A stretch of DNA of 64,000 bases from Felis catus (Eukaryota): the NCBI RefSeq assembly GCF_018350175.1, contig NC_058368.1:234176001-234240000 (forward strand), in the 5' to 3' direction. Below the pieces are notes generated by a model. It searched no databases and was not told the DNA's origin. It saw only the letters and a list, made by a program, of their open reading frames with translations. The stretch's first letter is position 1. Every line of letters starts with the position of its first letter. The translations under genes and the position numbers were made by a program. This document shows, one piece after another, positions 25,311-38,300 of the stretch.

Positions 25311-26794
25311 AGGAAGAGCAGGCAGGTGGTCCACTGAGGGGAGGGGCACAGTCCCGGCTGCTGGGGTCCGCTCAGCCCCACACCCAGCTCTGCCTCCCAC
25401 CGCCCGCTCCCCTGCCCACTTAGTTTCAATAAAATACTGAACCCACAGGGGTTCCAAACGGTGTGGAAAGTTCTAGCGTCACGCTGAGAATGTAATGGGT
25501 TTCGACAGAAGTGCAGCCGCGGCCGCACAGAGAAGCTGAAGGTGACGGAGAATCTAGCAGAATCTGAGCTCCCTGAGCCTTCGGAGGAGGAAGAGGTCTC
25601 TGGAGGTCCAGGGCTTGGCTGAGAACAGGGTGACCGCACGGGGACCGTCCCCGGGGAGCTGGGAAGAGAAACACTTACTGCCAGCTGGGTGTGGGGAAAG
25701 AAGAGACCCCTCAACCGTGAACACAGAAAGCGTCTTGGGGTCAAGTAACGGGGTGCCCTTGGCCGCAGTCGTCTGAGGCAGGTGAAGCCTCGAAGTCGGT
25801 TGTGACACTCGTGTCTCCAGTTCCTCGTGGCACCAGTGTCTGCGTTGGAACCCAGACTTGGTCACCAGAGTCACCGGTTGGCTTCGCTCACCTCTCGGGG
25901 TCTCCTGCTACTTGGGGGACCCCCCTCGCCAGCAAGAGGGGCATCTGAGGGACCAGAGCCGCTCGAGGTCGGGCTGTGACCCAGGAATTTCGGGTCCTGT
26001 GACCTGGGTCGGCTGCGGTCACAGGAGCGCAGAGAAGGAGGTCAGTCTGTTTGCTCGAATCCAGCATTGTTCCAGAGTGTTCCACACAGTCCTGCTTAAT
26101 CTCCCACTTGGGGGAGACACTATTTTTATGCGTTCTTTTGAACGACATTCTGTGGCCCTGTCCAAGGAAAATACTCCAAATACTCTGTATGGAGCATGAA
26201 TCCGATACGGGAAAGGGAGCAAACCCTCTCCGCTCCGCTCCCCGTCGGCACACGCGTCCAGAACGCTTGCCGTGACCGACGGGTGACTTGGAGAGGCACA
26301 AAAGGAGGCTTCTAGCATCCTGCACTTTTTGCTCAAAACTGGTCGTCAAATTTTTGTTTCAGAATAAGACAAAATAAGCTCGTTGGCGGGAACTAAGACA
26401 GCGACAGGCCAGGGGTCTCCCAGCCCTGGGCAAATGAATGACGCTTCACCTGGGTCCCGCCCAGCAGCTGGGGAGACCCCGGTGACCTGCTGCAGGGCCA
26501 CCAATGCTCTGTGCCCCACCTCCTGCCACAGCTGACGTGTGGGTGCCCTGTGGGCCACATGCGGTGCTCTTGGCAGCTTCCCTGGGACACACTGGGTGTG
26601 CCCCTGGTCACTCGGGGGCCACTCCTTAGCCTCCCCACTGGGGACTCCCCTCCCCACTGCCTTGAGCTGTGGCACCACCACTAGGACTGGGGACTGGCGG
26701 TCATGACGCTGTGGAAGGACAGACAGCCACCCTCCACCCGGCCCCGAAGGGCTACAAGTAGGTCACAGCAAGGATCCTACACTAAAACAACAGC

Positions 26795-26795
<1 letters not shown>

Positions 26796-26843
<48 letters not shown>
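26796..26843. repeat. (CA)n microsatellite
   Basis: Directly visible. Confidence 0.95.
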
Positions 26844-26845
<2 letters not shown>

Positions 26846-27017
26846 TGGAGTCTGACTCAGACCTGTTCTGCTGTGATCACAGGAATCAGTAGGAATACCC
26901 AGCAGGTTCATGGCGGCCGCCCTTGTGTTTCCAGACAAGAAAAAGGGGAAGCAGTGTAGGCAGGGGAGGGCCCAGCAGGCCTGCCCGGGAGACCATGGCC
27001 AGAAGTGAGTCAGCTCA

Positions 27018-27202
27018 GGGGCGGCCGGGTGGCTGAGTCGGTTAAGTGTCCGACTCTTAGTTTCAACTCAGGTCATGACCGCAGTTTGTGGGTTCAAGCC
27101 CCATGTCGGGCTCTGCAGAGCCTGCTTGGCATTTCTCTCTCTCTCTCCCTCTCTCTCTCAATAAATAAATAAATAAACATAAAAAAAAAACAAAACAAAA
27201 AC
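27018..27202 (+). mobile_element. Can-SINE (older subtype)
   Basis: Head, (CT)n, A-tail; TSD agaagt..gtcagctca. Confidence 0.92.
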
Positions 27203-27563
27203 AGAAGTCGGTCAGCTCAGCTCAGGCAAAAGTTCTGAGCCAGCCTTGCGGCCCAGCAAATAGCAGTATGTCCAAGGGGGGCAGGCCCCCGGCGGCCACC
27301 TCTGCCGGCAGTCAAGGTCAGCAGGGCTGGGCACGGGGCCAGCGCTGTCTAGGCAGGGCGCGGGGTCAGGGAGAGGGACGGCTCGGCACGCAGCCTCCAG
27401 AGCCAGGATGCTCTGCCCGTGTCACCAACGCAGGCAGCACTCTGCAATCTGGGGCCAGTTTTTCCTTTCTCCTCCCGACCACATAAAGCTTCCCTGTGCC
27501 AGATCCCGCGGGAGCTACGTGAGCGCTGGAAGGGTGATGAACTGACCAGCACTCTCCAAGCAG

Positions 27564-27565
<2 letters not shown>

Positions 27566-27600
<35 letters not shown>

Positions 27601-27602
27601 AC
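27566..27602. repeat. (CA)n microsatellite
   Basis: Directly visible. Confidence 0.95.
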
Positions 27603-27939
27603 GACTGGAACCAGGAAGTTTTCAGCAACTGGCTGCATGAGAATGAATCTGTGGAATCAGGAGGACAGCCCCTGTTTCCAGACTCCCAGCCCAGGGCTCT
27701 GGCGTAGACCACAAGCCTGAGGGCAAGGACCCGCTGACCTCTCATCCCTTTAATGCACGTATCGAGTGCCTTCCGTGCCCCAGTCCCTCCGGTAGGCACT
27801 GAGCACACGGTGTCCCTTCTCCCACGTCGCGTATCTTCCTGCAGGGGACACCAACATCACTGAATAATCGTGTAAACTGGGAACAGCTGTGTAAAACCCA
27901 TCCGTTTTCCTAACAAGAGGGACAGACTTGTCTGGCAAA

Positions 27940-28200
27940 TGCCTTTTGCCTTTCGCCTTTCTCCTGCCTGGAATATGACTGTAATGCCATCTGAGATCAG
28001 ACAAAAAAGAAGCTTCCATGCTGAGGATGGAGGGATAGAGACACGGAAAGAGCTGGGGACATCGGTACCACGGTGCCTGGCACCAGCCTGGACTGCTCCT
28101 TTCCAGGCCTCTTGTTTACATGAAGGAAAAATAAACCTCCGGTTAAGCTGTCGTACTCAGCTGTCTGCCTCATGCGCAGCCAAAGCAACCCCTGATAGAT
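27940..28200 (+). mobile_element. MaLR LTR (MLT1J-like) fragment
   Basis: 'ctcctgcctggaat...ccagcctggactgct...aaaaataaacctc..gttaagc'. Confidence 0.65.
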
Positions 28201-29452
28201 ACTTTGTAGGCTTACGTGGTTACCCAGAAGGCTTTTACTGACTCCCCCTGTGGCCACACTAACTGGGCCAGACTGAGCAGAGAACGAATTTCAAATCTAG
28301 AATAAGCATCCATCCAATTAGGAGAGAGAATTGTCCCATCCAGATGGAAAGGGTCCAGTGAAATCCACCTGCTACCAGGTAAATAATATCTCCTGGAGGG
28401 ATGATAAAAGTGTAGTGGGGCGGAGAATATGGAGAAGCTTACAATAGCCAAGAAAGTCCTGGAGAAACAGACAGACAAGGTGTAAGGGGTTCCGAAGATT
28501 TCCAGTAGCAGAAATCACGCTCTGGGCTTCATCAAGGTGTCAACACTGCAAGGGATTAATTCCATTCCAGCATCGCTGTGCTCAGGAGCAGAGTTCAACG
28601 CAAAGCTTAGGTCCTGGGCACGTTCTTGGCCGCATTTGTCCATGACAAACGTCTCTAGCAAATTCTCATTCCCACAGCCCGAGAAATTGCTTCTTGTAGA
28701 AGAAGTTAGTAGACTCAGCTTCATATTGGAGCCAAACATGGAAGATGTGCCCTGTGTCAATATCACACAGTGACTCAGCCCCAGGGCCTCCAATTCCCTG
28801 AGCCTCTACCTCCGAAATCACAAGTTCCCTTTGGAGAGAATCTCATCAGCACTGCTGTCTGGATCGAAGAAATCAGCCGTGGCTGCGGGCCAGGCTCATA
28901 TATCACAGATCGAGGGTGGACATTGTGCCGTGGACACAGAGCCTGCACCAGTGGGGGTTGGGAAAGAACACACAGGAAGTTGGAAAGGGCCAGCCTTAGA
29001 CACCATCTTGAAAGTAACCACTGGTATTTCTGCAGAGTATTTCCCATTACTACCCTAGGGTCGCAGAATGGCGGCCTTAACAACGTTTCAATGCTGTCAC
29101 ATCTTAGAATGCAGCTATGAACCCAAAACAAAGCGGTTGCATTTTCTTACTTAAGTGGGCGTCTACTTTTTACTGCGTGGGTCCATGAAGGGAAAGGAGC
29201 AGGATGACCAACAGTGGAAAAGAGACCCCATTCATGAAGCCCTTCGCCCTGGGGACAGACAAGTACTCAGCCACCTGCACCGTGACTCCCATCCCGAAGC
29301 ACTCAGCCAGGGGGCCGGGAGCATGGAGATACACACGTAACCAAGTCTCGGACACGAAGCTCCCCGAGGAGGTGATGACTAGCCCGTGCCTGAGGGAGCA
29401 CAGAGAGAGGCATCCAGAGAAGGACGCATGAGTCGGACGCTGGCTGGCGAAG

Positions 29453-29865
29453 GTGTGTTACTTATCTATTGCTACATATAACCAATTGCCCAACTCTTGG
29501 CAATTAAAGCCACAGGCGTTTACTGTCTCCCAGTTTTTATGGGTCCGGAGTCCAGGTGCAGCCTGGCTGAGTCCCGTTGGGCAGGGTCTCAACAGGCTGC
29601 AGCCAAGGGGTCAAGGGTGAAGGGGTCCGTCCCTTTCAAGACAGTTGGCATCATTCATTCCCTTGTGGGCCATTGATCAGAGGCTGCCGTCAGGCCTGGG
29701 GGCAGGGCCTTTGCAGCGGGCAGCTCAGGGCTCGACAGCTGGCTCCGTCACAGCAGGCGCCAAGAGCCAGAAGAGCCAGGGAGGACGAGATGGAAGTCAT
29801 GGTCTCTTGGGAATCCAGTCTTTCCCGAGAGAGGTCAGTCCAGGAGGAACTAGGAATTGTTGTGA
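29453..29865 (-). mobile_element. MaLR LTR (MLT1-type)
   Basis: 'tgtgttacttatctattgct...tttactgtctcccagttttt.tgggtc.ggagtccagg'. Confidence 0.75.
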
Positions 29866-30106
29866 GCGGCTGTACTGCAGGCCCTAGTGTTGAAAGAGCA
29901 GGAAGAGTCCGCTCGCCCTGGGGAATGACGGAGACGGACCGTGAATCTCGCGTCAGGACCTACACGGTGCACATAAGCGTGTAGTTACCACCCAGCAGAC
30001 CGGAAACTGTGCTGTTGAACTGAAGTCCTGTGAAATCAAGGCAAGAGGCATTTCAGCTCCCACAACCTGATCGTGGGCCTTACCTGTTGTGAATGGGAAT
30101 CCTGAA

Positions 30107-30558
30107 TTTTTTTTTTAATTTTTTTTTTTTAATTTTTTTTAACGTTTATTTATTTTTGGGACAGAGAGAGACAGAGCATGAACGGGGGAGGGGCAGAGAG
30201 AGAGGGAGACACAGAATCGGAAACAGGCTCCAGGCTCCGAGCCATCAGCCCAGAGCCCGACGCGGGGCTCGAACTCCCGGACCGCGAGATCGTGACCTGG
30301 CTGAAGTCGGACACTTAACCGACTGCGCCACCCAGGCGCCCCTTAAATTTTTTTTTTAACGTTTATTTATTTTTCAGACAGAGAGAGACAGAGCATGAAT
30401 GGGGGAGGGTCAGAGAGAGGGAGACACAGAATCTGAAACAGGCTCTGGGCTCTGAGCTGTCAGCACAGAGCCCGACGCGGGGCTCAAACTCACGGACCGC
30501 AAGATCATGACCTGAGCCGAAGTCGGCCGCTTAGCCGACTGAGCCACCCAGGCGCCCC
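30107..30558 (-). mobile_element. Two tandem Can-SINEs; a young SINEC_Fc-type (30107-30342) sits in the tail of an older copy (30343-30558)
   Basis: Perfect 15-bp TSD gggaatcctgaattt at 30095-30109 and 30559-30573 brackets the pair. Confidence 0.96.
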
Positions 30559-31199
30559 GGGAATCCTGAATTTAACAGGATTATGAATACAGGTTGAACT
30601 TAATTCTTCCCAAACGGATAGAAAAAAAAAAAATGCACGTCTGCTCTTATACAATTCCAAGCCAGAGAAAAATAAGCGATCAGCATGTAAATAACATCTT
30701 CGTCTGCAAAGGTAAAATCCTGTGCAGTATTCGTTCTTGGAAAGGGTACACTCCCCAATGAATCCTTTATGCGTCTCATAAAGCTTAAGTCATAAATATG
30801 CAACACGGGGTGGGGGGGGGTGGTTATGTCAAGTATAATTGACTACAGTTCAAAATATTACGGAAGCGGAAGATTCAAATATGGAGAATGACAATATGGA
30901 GACATAAAAGTTATTTCGACCTAATTGTTCAAGAGCCAACCAAACACTCAGAGACCGCCTTCTCAGGCACGCCACTTCTCTGTGGCCTGCTTCACTTACT
31001 GGCCAAAATCACGATCAGGAGCGATAGTCAAAAGGAAACCTAGGAGTCAAAATTCACTTACGGCCACTGTAACACAGAGCTGTTTCTGTTTATGGGGTTT
31101 CAGAAGACATGGTGAAGATATGGTTTAAATTGTGCTTAGAAACTTGTGAATCAAAAATCATTATTACTCCTAAATCCTGGGCTTGCTTTCCAAGCCTAC

Positions 31200-31590
31200 C
31201 GGAAAAAGAAAATACTCTTATGCAAAGAAATTGACCTCCTATCTCGTTCATATGTTCGTTCCCATAAAAAATGAGAGAACTTCAACCCAGAAAACATAAA
31301 AGAAAGATGAATAAATCAGACTGCAGAGAGCAAAAGAATTAACTCTAAGAATTAAAAAAAAATAAAAGTCCAAAGTTATAAAACAAATGGAGAACTAGAA
31401 AAAATGTTTGCAACTCATTTCACCGACAAGAGTTTATTTTCTTAACACATAATGAGCTCCAATAAATCTTTAAGAAACAGGCCAACAGTGCAATAGAGAA
31501 AAATGGTAACAGTGTGTAATAAGGGATTTTGCAGAACGAGAAGTAAAAATGGCTCCAAAATGTCGGAAAAGATGCTTGAATTGGTCCATC
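31200..31590 (+). mobile_element. Old L1 ORF2 3' fragment
   Basis: A-rich; 'aactagaaaaaatgtttgcaact...aacagtgcaatagagaaaaatgg...aaaagatgcttga'. Confidence 0.7.
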
Positions 31591-31975
31591 CACTTCTCTC
31601 CTGAAACCTGGAATCTCCCCAGTTCTTCTCTGTCCTCGTGCCTCTAACAAGTCAGTGCGTCCTGGGAGCTCTGTCTTCTGAAAGGTCCAGAACCCCACCC
31701 ACTGCTCACGACTGTCACCTCTTGCTTGGACTATTGCCATGCCTACCGGAGCTCCCTCCTTCTGTGCTTTCTTCTCCACTGCTCCCCACAGGGCTCCCGG
31801 AGTGGCCCTTTCCAAAGGTAACCCTACATTGGCTTCCCATCTCAGAGTCAAAACCAGACCCCATTGGCTTCCAAGGCCCACGCATCTGGTCCCCGTGGCC
31901 TCTTCAGCTTCCTTTCCTATCACATTCTCTCCTTGCTCCCAACTCTAGCAATTCTGGCCTCTTCGTTCTCTCTCA
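31590..31975 (+). mobile_element. L2 fragment
   Basis: 'ttggactattgc.atgcct.c...ggcttcccatctcagagtcaaaacc'. Confidence 0.7.
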
Positions 31976-32026
31976 AGTAGGATTGGAAGATCGTATTTCC
32001 CAAAGATGACAGCAACAATATCGTCC

Positions 32027-32464
32027 GGGGTGGTTATTTTTATGCGTCAGCCTGACAGGGCAACAGTACCCAGATATTTTGTTGAAACAGCTGTCTACAT
32101 GTTGCCGTGAACGTGTTTTTTAGGTGAGATTAACATTTAAATCAGTGGACTTTGAGGAAAGGAGATTATCCTCTATTAGTGGGTGGGCCTTGTCTAATTA
32201 GTTGAGGACCTTCACAGGAAAAAGACTGAGGTTCTCCTAAGGAAGAAGGAATTCTGCTTTCAGACTGCCTTTAGACTTGAGCTCAAACATTAGCTCTTTC
32301 CGGGGTCTCTAGCCTGCCAACCTGTCCTGTAGATTTCAGACTTCCCAATCTCAAAATTGTGTGAGCCAATTCCTTAAAACAAATTTGTCTCTCCCTCTCT
32401 CTCTCATGATAGATAGATAGATAGATAGATATAGATGATAGGTAGAGAGATAGATAGATAGAGG

Positions 32465-32517
<53 letters not shown>

Positions 32518-32554
32518 TAGATGATAGGTAGAGAGATAGAGGAGATAGATAGAT

Positions 32555-32596
<42 letters not shown>

Positions 32597-32677
32597 GGAG
32601 ACAGATAGATACATACATACATACCTATCTACCTACCAATCCTTTTGGTTCTGTTTCTCTGGAGAACCCTAATGCAT
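32027..32677 (+). mobile_element. ERVL LTR (MLT2-type)
   Basis: 'gagattaacatttaaatcagtggactttgag' and terminal 'ttggttctgtttctctggagaaccctaa'. Confidence 0.9.
32408..32625. repeat. Compound (GATA)n/(CATA)n microsatellite inside the MLT2
   Basis: Directly visible. Confidence 0.95.
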
Positions 32678-33199
32678 CACCCAACAGTGTGACCTTCTCA
32701 CCTCTCCCATGAAGAGATAGTATTCATGCCCCTCCCCTGGGCACGTCTCTACTTTCATCAACAGAGTATGATTTCTGAGATTAGGTCATGAAAAGCCTGC
32801 AGCCCCCACCTGGTGCTCTAGGAACATCTGCTCTCGAAATGCTCTCCTTCAGGAACTGCCCACTCAGCTGGAAGCATCCCGAGTGTCATGTGAGGGCCAC
32901 GGGCAGCCTCTGTGTTGGGGCGTCCCAGCTGAGCCCCAGGGGTCAGGTCGTCCCAGCCCAGGTGCCCGCATGTGAGCAGAGAAGCCTGTGGATGATCTTC
33001 ACATCCGACCTCAAGGAAGCCCAGCTACTCAAACCTTCCCAGTTAAGGCCCCAGACACCAAGGAGCAAAGGAGCGTCCCCACCGTGCCTGTCTGAATTCC
33101 TGACTCCCAGAATCCACCATCATATGGCCACTTCCCTCCCCTTCCTCTGGGCTTGATCACACAGCCACACAGATGCGGCACGTCTCCAGGCTGTACGCG

Positions 33200-33520
33200 T
33201 GCTCACCATCCTGGACATCCTTCCCAGCCACCTGTGTGCCTCTCTGCCTCGCCCCCAGCGGGTCGCTGCACACCTGTCCGCTGCTCAGGGGCCTTGCTCT
33301 CCCCCCCTTTAAAACTACAGCCTTCCAGCCCCTCGCTGTTTCGCTCCCTTCCCTGCTTTCTGGGTCTTCACAGAACTTGCGCCATGTTGGAGGCTTGTTG
33401 CTTACTTGTAAGCTTACTTTTCCTTTGCCTGTCTCCCCTAAAACACCTGCTCCATGAGGACCCGGCGTGTGGGGCTTACTCTGTTCAGGGCCTGGGTCAC
33501 CAGCACCTAGAACGGAGCCC
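33200..33520 (+). mobile_element. L2 3' end fragment
   Basis: 'gctccatgaggac...cagcacctagaac...cacacagtcagtgctcaa...aaatgaa'. Confidence 0.7.
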
Positions 33521-33619
33521 ACACAGTCAGTGCTCAACTTATATTCACAAATGGATAAGCAAATTAATAAATGAACACACCTCACCCAAAGAGAGCCTGC
33601 AAGTTAAAATTTCAGTGAA

Positions 33620-33780
33620 GGGGTGCCTGGGTGGCTCAGTCAGTTGAGGGTCTGACTTCAGCTCAGGTCATGATCTCACTGTTCGTGGGTTCGGGCCCTG
33701 CGTCGGGCTCTGTGCTGACAGCTCGGAGCCTGGAACCTGCTTTGCATTCTGTGTCTCCCTCTCTCTCTGCCCCTCCCCCA

Positions 33781-33830
<50 letters not shown>

Positions 33831-34060
33831 AAAATAAATAAACATTATGGGGCGCCTGGGTGGCTTAGTCGGTTGAGCGTCTGACTTTGGCTCAGGTCAC
33901 GATCTCACAGTTCGTGGGTTCGAGCCCCACGTCGGGCTCTGTGCTGACAGCTCGGAGCCTGGAGCCTGCTTGGGATTCTGTGTCTCCCTCTCTCTCTGCC
34001 CCTCCCCCACTTATGCTCTGTCTCTCTCTCTCAAAAATAAATAAAAATGTTAAAATAAAT
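33620..34060 (+). mobile_element. Two head-to-tail Can-SINEs (33620-33847; 33849-34060)
   Basis: Two complete units; aatttcagtga flanks the pair. Confidence 0.95.
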
Positions 34061-34079
34061 TCTAATTTCAGTGACATAT

Positions 34080-34560
34080 GACTTTTTCTCTGTCAACCGT
34101 TGGGTAAAGCACTGTGCCGGTGAGCACCTGGTTGAACAGGCACCATCGTTTGTCAGCACAAGTACCAACCACTGCAAATTCTTTGGGGAATGACCGGCAA
34201 TGCGATCTGAAATTTGAGGTGCCCATCAACTCTGACCCCGCAAATCTGTTTCTTAGACTCTCTCCTACAGAAACGTTCATGTATGTGGGGGATGGGGTGT
34301 CCATCTACAAGTGGACCCACAGCAGCACTCATTAGTATAAATAAAAGATTCATATCCAAATGTTCTTGGTTATGTGTCCAATAAATGGAGGGATATTCCT
34401 GCTGAGAGATCCGGGCAGGTGTCAAAGACAATGTGGCAGTTCTAGCCTGGCATAGAACTTAGAACAGCCCCAACATGTGTTGTCAGAGAACACAGCAAAG
34501 TCTAAATACTACGTTGTATGACACCAATTTAGTCGTGAGACAGACTATGTCCAGAAGGAC
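34080..34560 (+). mobile_element. Old L1 (L1ME-type) fragment
   Basis: 'ccatcaactctgaccccgcaaatc.gtttcttagactctctcctacagaaa...tccaaatgt'. Confidence 0.65.
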
Positions 34561-35706
34561 AGAAGAGAATCCAGAAACAGATACGCTGTACTACGTGTAC
34601 TCAGTAACCATTGAAAGACAATATGCATCTATTCTGGAAACCAGAGACAAGAAGATGGAAATATGTTCCCTTCCAGCGCATCAAGGAAGAGCAGTCACAT
34701 AAGCTCATGCTAGCCTTCTGCTGGTCTCGGGGCTGGACAGGAGACACACACTGAGCACGAAGCCAACACTTGTGGACAGATGGGAGGGAGACCTCTGGCT
34801 GCTTCTGCAGACAGCAGCACACGGGGAACTCCCCATAAATGCTCACGGCCATCCTAACCAAGCCAAGGACTTAGTAACCCATGAAATAAGCAATAAATGC
34901 TTCAGTGAAAGTGGTAGCAACAGATGTAGCTTACAAGACTGCAGGAAACTTTCTCAATGTAAAAAATTATGGGACTAACTGCTGCTTATGTTTGCACTTC
35001 ATGATAACATGTGGGTCATTACACCTGCAGATGGTTACTTTAAATAAATAGAAACCGGGCAAGGAGAAGCATGAACCAGAATATACTTTCATTTGTATTC
35101 CCTCGGGGGGGTTTCTTCATCAACATTATCAAGCTGAATAAAGAAGAAATATTTAAGATGTATTACATCCAAGACTTTTCTCCTGGATGAAGTTGGATCA
35201 CTATATTTAAGAGCAAAGATATATTGGCTTTAAAATGGAAACATAACATGTGACTTAGGAACAAGCTATCATATATCTTTATCTTTCTCCAAACGCTTCA
35301 GGGTTAAGACACTGAGTATCATTCACGCAACTATTTTTAACCAACATCTAAACTTCATTTTTTGGGGGAAAAAAATCTACAGGGAAGAACTTCAAAGAGA
35401 TTCATCCCCAAGCACAGAGACCTCTTCCATTCAGTATTTATGGAGTGTCACAGACACCCTCGTCTCGGAACAAGTCACAGGATTGACGTCTCAGACAGGC
35501 ATCCCTGGTGCATCCGCGATGTCTGCAGGGTGAGGAGGGGACGACATGGGAGGCAGGCCTTTGTAGACGTGACACTACGTGACCTGTGCCTTGAAGGACG
35601 CAGGGGACGACAGTGCCCTGTCAGTGGGGGAGCAGAAAGGGAGACAGCACAGCCCACACCCCTCCCCACCAGGAACCTGCATGAGAATCAAAAGTCATAC
35701 TCTGCC

Positions 35707-36185
35707 TGCAGAGGGTTGAATTGTGTCCCCCCCCCCCCAAAAAGCTAAGTCCAAGTCCTAAACTCTGATAGCTGCGAATGTGATCTGATGAGGAAATAGG
35801 GTCTTTGCAAATGTAATGAAATGAAGATAATCTCGGGAGAGGCTTCTCCTGGGTTTAGTGTGTGTCCTAACTCCATTGACCTGTGTCCGGACAGGAGGAA
35901 GAAGAGCGACAGTGCACACACAGAGACGCAGGAGGAGGCCCTGTGGAGACAGAAGCAGAGGCCCAGGGATCCAGCTGCCAGCCAAGGAACACCTGAGGTG
36001 GCTGGAAGCCACCCGGAGCTGGGAGAGACACTGGAGAGTGTTCTCCCTCGCGGCCTCCAGAAGGAGCCAATGCTGCCCACACCTTGATTGTGGACTTCTG
36101 GCCTCCAGAAGTGAGAGGGAACAAAGTTATATCGTTTTAAGCCACGAAGTACATGGTCATTTGTTAGGGCAGCTACAGCACCTGA
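35707..36185 (+). mobile_element. MaLR LTR (MLT1C-like)
   Basis: 'gggttgaattgtgtcccc...ggaaatagggtctttgca...gacttctggcctccagaa.tgagag...ttgttagggcagc'. Confidence 0.9.
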
Positions 36186-37247
36186 TGCAGAGGTCGGCCC
36201 AGGCAGACTGCGAGGGATCCTAGTGACATTGTCCGGGTTTGTTCTGCAAGCCTTGGAGAGGAGGGAATGGATGTGGGAGGAGCATGACCCTTCACCTGGC
36301 GGGTGGAGAATCCATGGCAACGGTGGGAAAGCGGGAAAGGTAGGCGCTCAGGGTGAGTGCCCGGGACCCTGGAGAGGAGCCTCAAGCTAGGGCAAAGGCA
36401 ACCCCTAGAAATAAAACTGGTGCTCCGGACCCGGCCAGGGGGCGGAGGGCGTGGGGAGGATGCATCCACAGGGGATCACAGGGTCTGGAAACAAGGGCCA
36501 GGTTTGGCAAACCGAGAAAAGGAGACAATTCCAGTTAGAGGGACCATGTTTCCTGGGAAACAGAACCGAGGCCAACCCAAAGCACCACTGGCTCTGGGGA
36601 GTCAAAACCCAGGGTGGCTGGAGTGTAGAAAAGGGAGGAGAGGCCAGGAAAGAGGGCAAGCTCCCTGAGATGGCACAGGACGGTGCCGGCCCTGCCACCC
36701 TGCGGAGGCACAGCCACCGGGGACCTCGCTGCACGGGCTGGACAGAGCAGCAGGCCTCAGGGCCGTGCCCAGGGCCCGAGGGAGAGGAGGTTGTCTGCAG
36801 GCTCCCGATGCTCTCTGGCCTCTCCCGGCCAGTGCATCCCAGGGACGTGGTTCTGTACCTTCCAGGCTGTGCCACCAGCTCCCCACAGGCCGCTGTGCAG
36901 ACACCAGAGCCTTTACCAGGGTGCGGGGCCTCCTTGAGGTCAGGATGTGATGGATGGAGCCATGCTTACCCCAGAGGGCACCAAGCAAGGGCAGGGCCAG
37001 CAGAAAAGCGACAGTCCGTGGTAGCAGCTGGGGGGGGCGGGGGGTGACCATCGCCTGGGAGTCATGAGGGTGCTCCGAGAACAAGGATCTGAGCCCAGGA
37101 CACAGGGAGGACAAGCCAATCTGGGGAGGCGCAAAGCAGTGACAGACACACGAGGATGTGGTGCTGGCAGGCGTCACCTGCCTGTTTCAAACCCTTTGCA
37201 CGTCCGTGGGCAGCTTGATTATGACTTTGTTTCACTAACAGATTTCT

Positions 37248-37446
37248 GTTTTTTTAATGTTTTTTAAATTTATTTTGAGAGAGAGAGAGAGAGAGCAGGA
37301 GCAGGGAAGGGTCAGAGAGAGAGGGAGAGGGAGAGAATCCCAAGCAGGCTCTGCACTGTCAGCACAGAGCCCTCCATGGGCCTTGATCCTATGACCATGA
37401 GATCACGACCTGAGATCATGACCGGACTGAGCCACCCAGGTGCCCC
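37248..37446 (-). mobile_element. Can-SINE (older subtype)
   Basis: Poly-T, (GA)n, reverse head 'gagccacccaggtgcccc'. Confidence 0.92.
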
Positions 37447-37544
37447 TGACCAACAGATTCCTAACACGGACAAATCTAATCATTGGAGAAGAAAGCCAAG
37501 CCGTTGTCAAGTGTCCCAACAGGCCTGTGCCATGACTGTTACTT

Positions 37545-37700
37545 ATTTATCAAATATTATATAGCACTAATATGGGCCTGACGCTCATAGGAGAGCCTAA
37601 TGGCACTCGCGAGAACCTTACAGTGTAGAAACCACTGCTATTCCCATTTCACAGAGGAGAAGACTGAGGCACACAGAGCCGTCCCCGCGGCAAAGCCCAA
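37545..37700 (-). mobile_element. MIR
   Basis: 'tattcccatttcacagaggagaagactgaggcaca'. Confidence 0.75.
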
Positions 37701-38074
37701 TGCCTCCCTCCCTGTGCTGCCTCTCTGCTTCTCGTGAGCTTTGTGAACTTGAGGGGTGCTGTTTCTTACCTATCGGCCCTCTCTGCCAATGCGGTGAACC
37801 CCCACGTCCCAGCCCAGACAAAGGCTGTCTGTGCAAACTTCCCTCCTTCGTCACCAGATGCTCCGCCAAAAGCAAGAGCTTTTTAAGCCTGAGAGCTTGC
37901 AGGTCAAGGTTAATTAAGCAGGTAGTGGGCTTTCTCGCAGCACTTGTGAATCCAGCTTCCCAAACAGCCCTCGGACTGAACGTGGACAAGCATCACAGAG
38001 GAGCCCTGGAACACTGCGAGGCCACCCCGAGCCCTGGAACCGGCCGCGGCCACACCAAGCGTCAAGGTGGGGAC

Positions 38075-38300
38075 GAGGACTCTGGGGTCAGGCTGCCTGG
38101 GTCAGTACAAGCTCTGCAGCCCACGAGCTTGCACAGCGGACAAGTACCCCCCCTTCTGGGCCTCCGTTGCCCCATCTGCAAAATGGGGGGGTAAAGCCCA
38201 CATGCCCCTCGGGACTGCAGAGCACCAGGTGGGTGACCAGGGATAAGCTCAGGAGAGTATTCAGGGCGTGGTTGGCCCGTATGCAAACATTTGGTGAATG
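38075..38300 (+). mobile_element. MIR
   Basis: 'ctctggggtcaggctgcctgggt...ctgggcctccgtt.ccccatctgcaaaatgggg'. Confidence 0.75.

Larger units (their letters stand above)
31978..33125 (+). mobile_element. MaLR LTR (MLT1G/H-like), split by an MLT2 LTR
   Basis: 5' piece 'tatttcccaaagatgacagcaacaatatc' resumes near 32680 and ends 'ctgtctgaattcctgactcccagaatcc'. Confidence 0.7.

Noticed and set aside
28212..29150. Cluster of short ORFs that might be a pseudogene or ERV coding remnant
   Set aside because: No recognisable gag, pol, env or cellular protein motif; more likely decayed LTR or unique sequence
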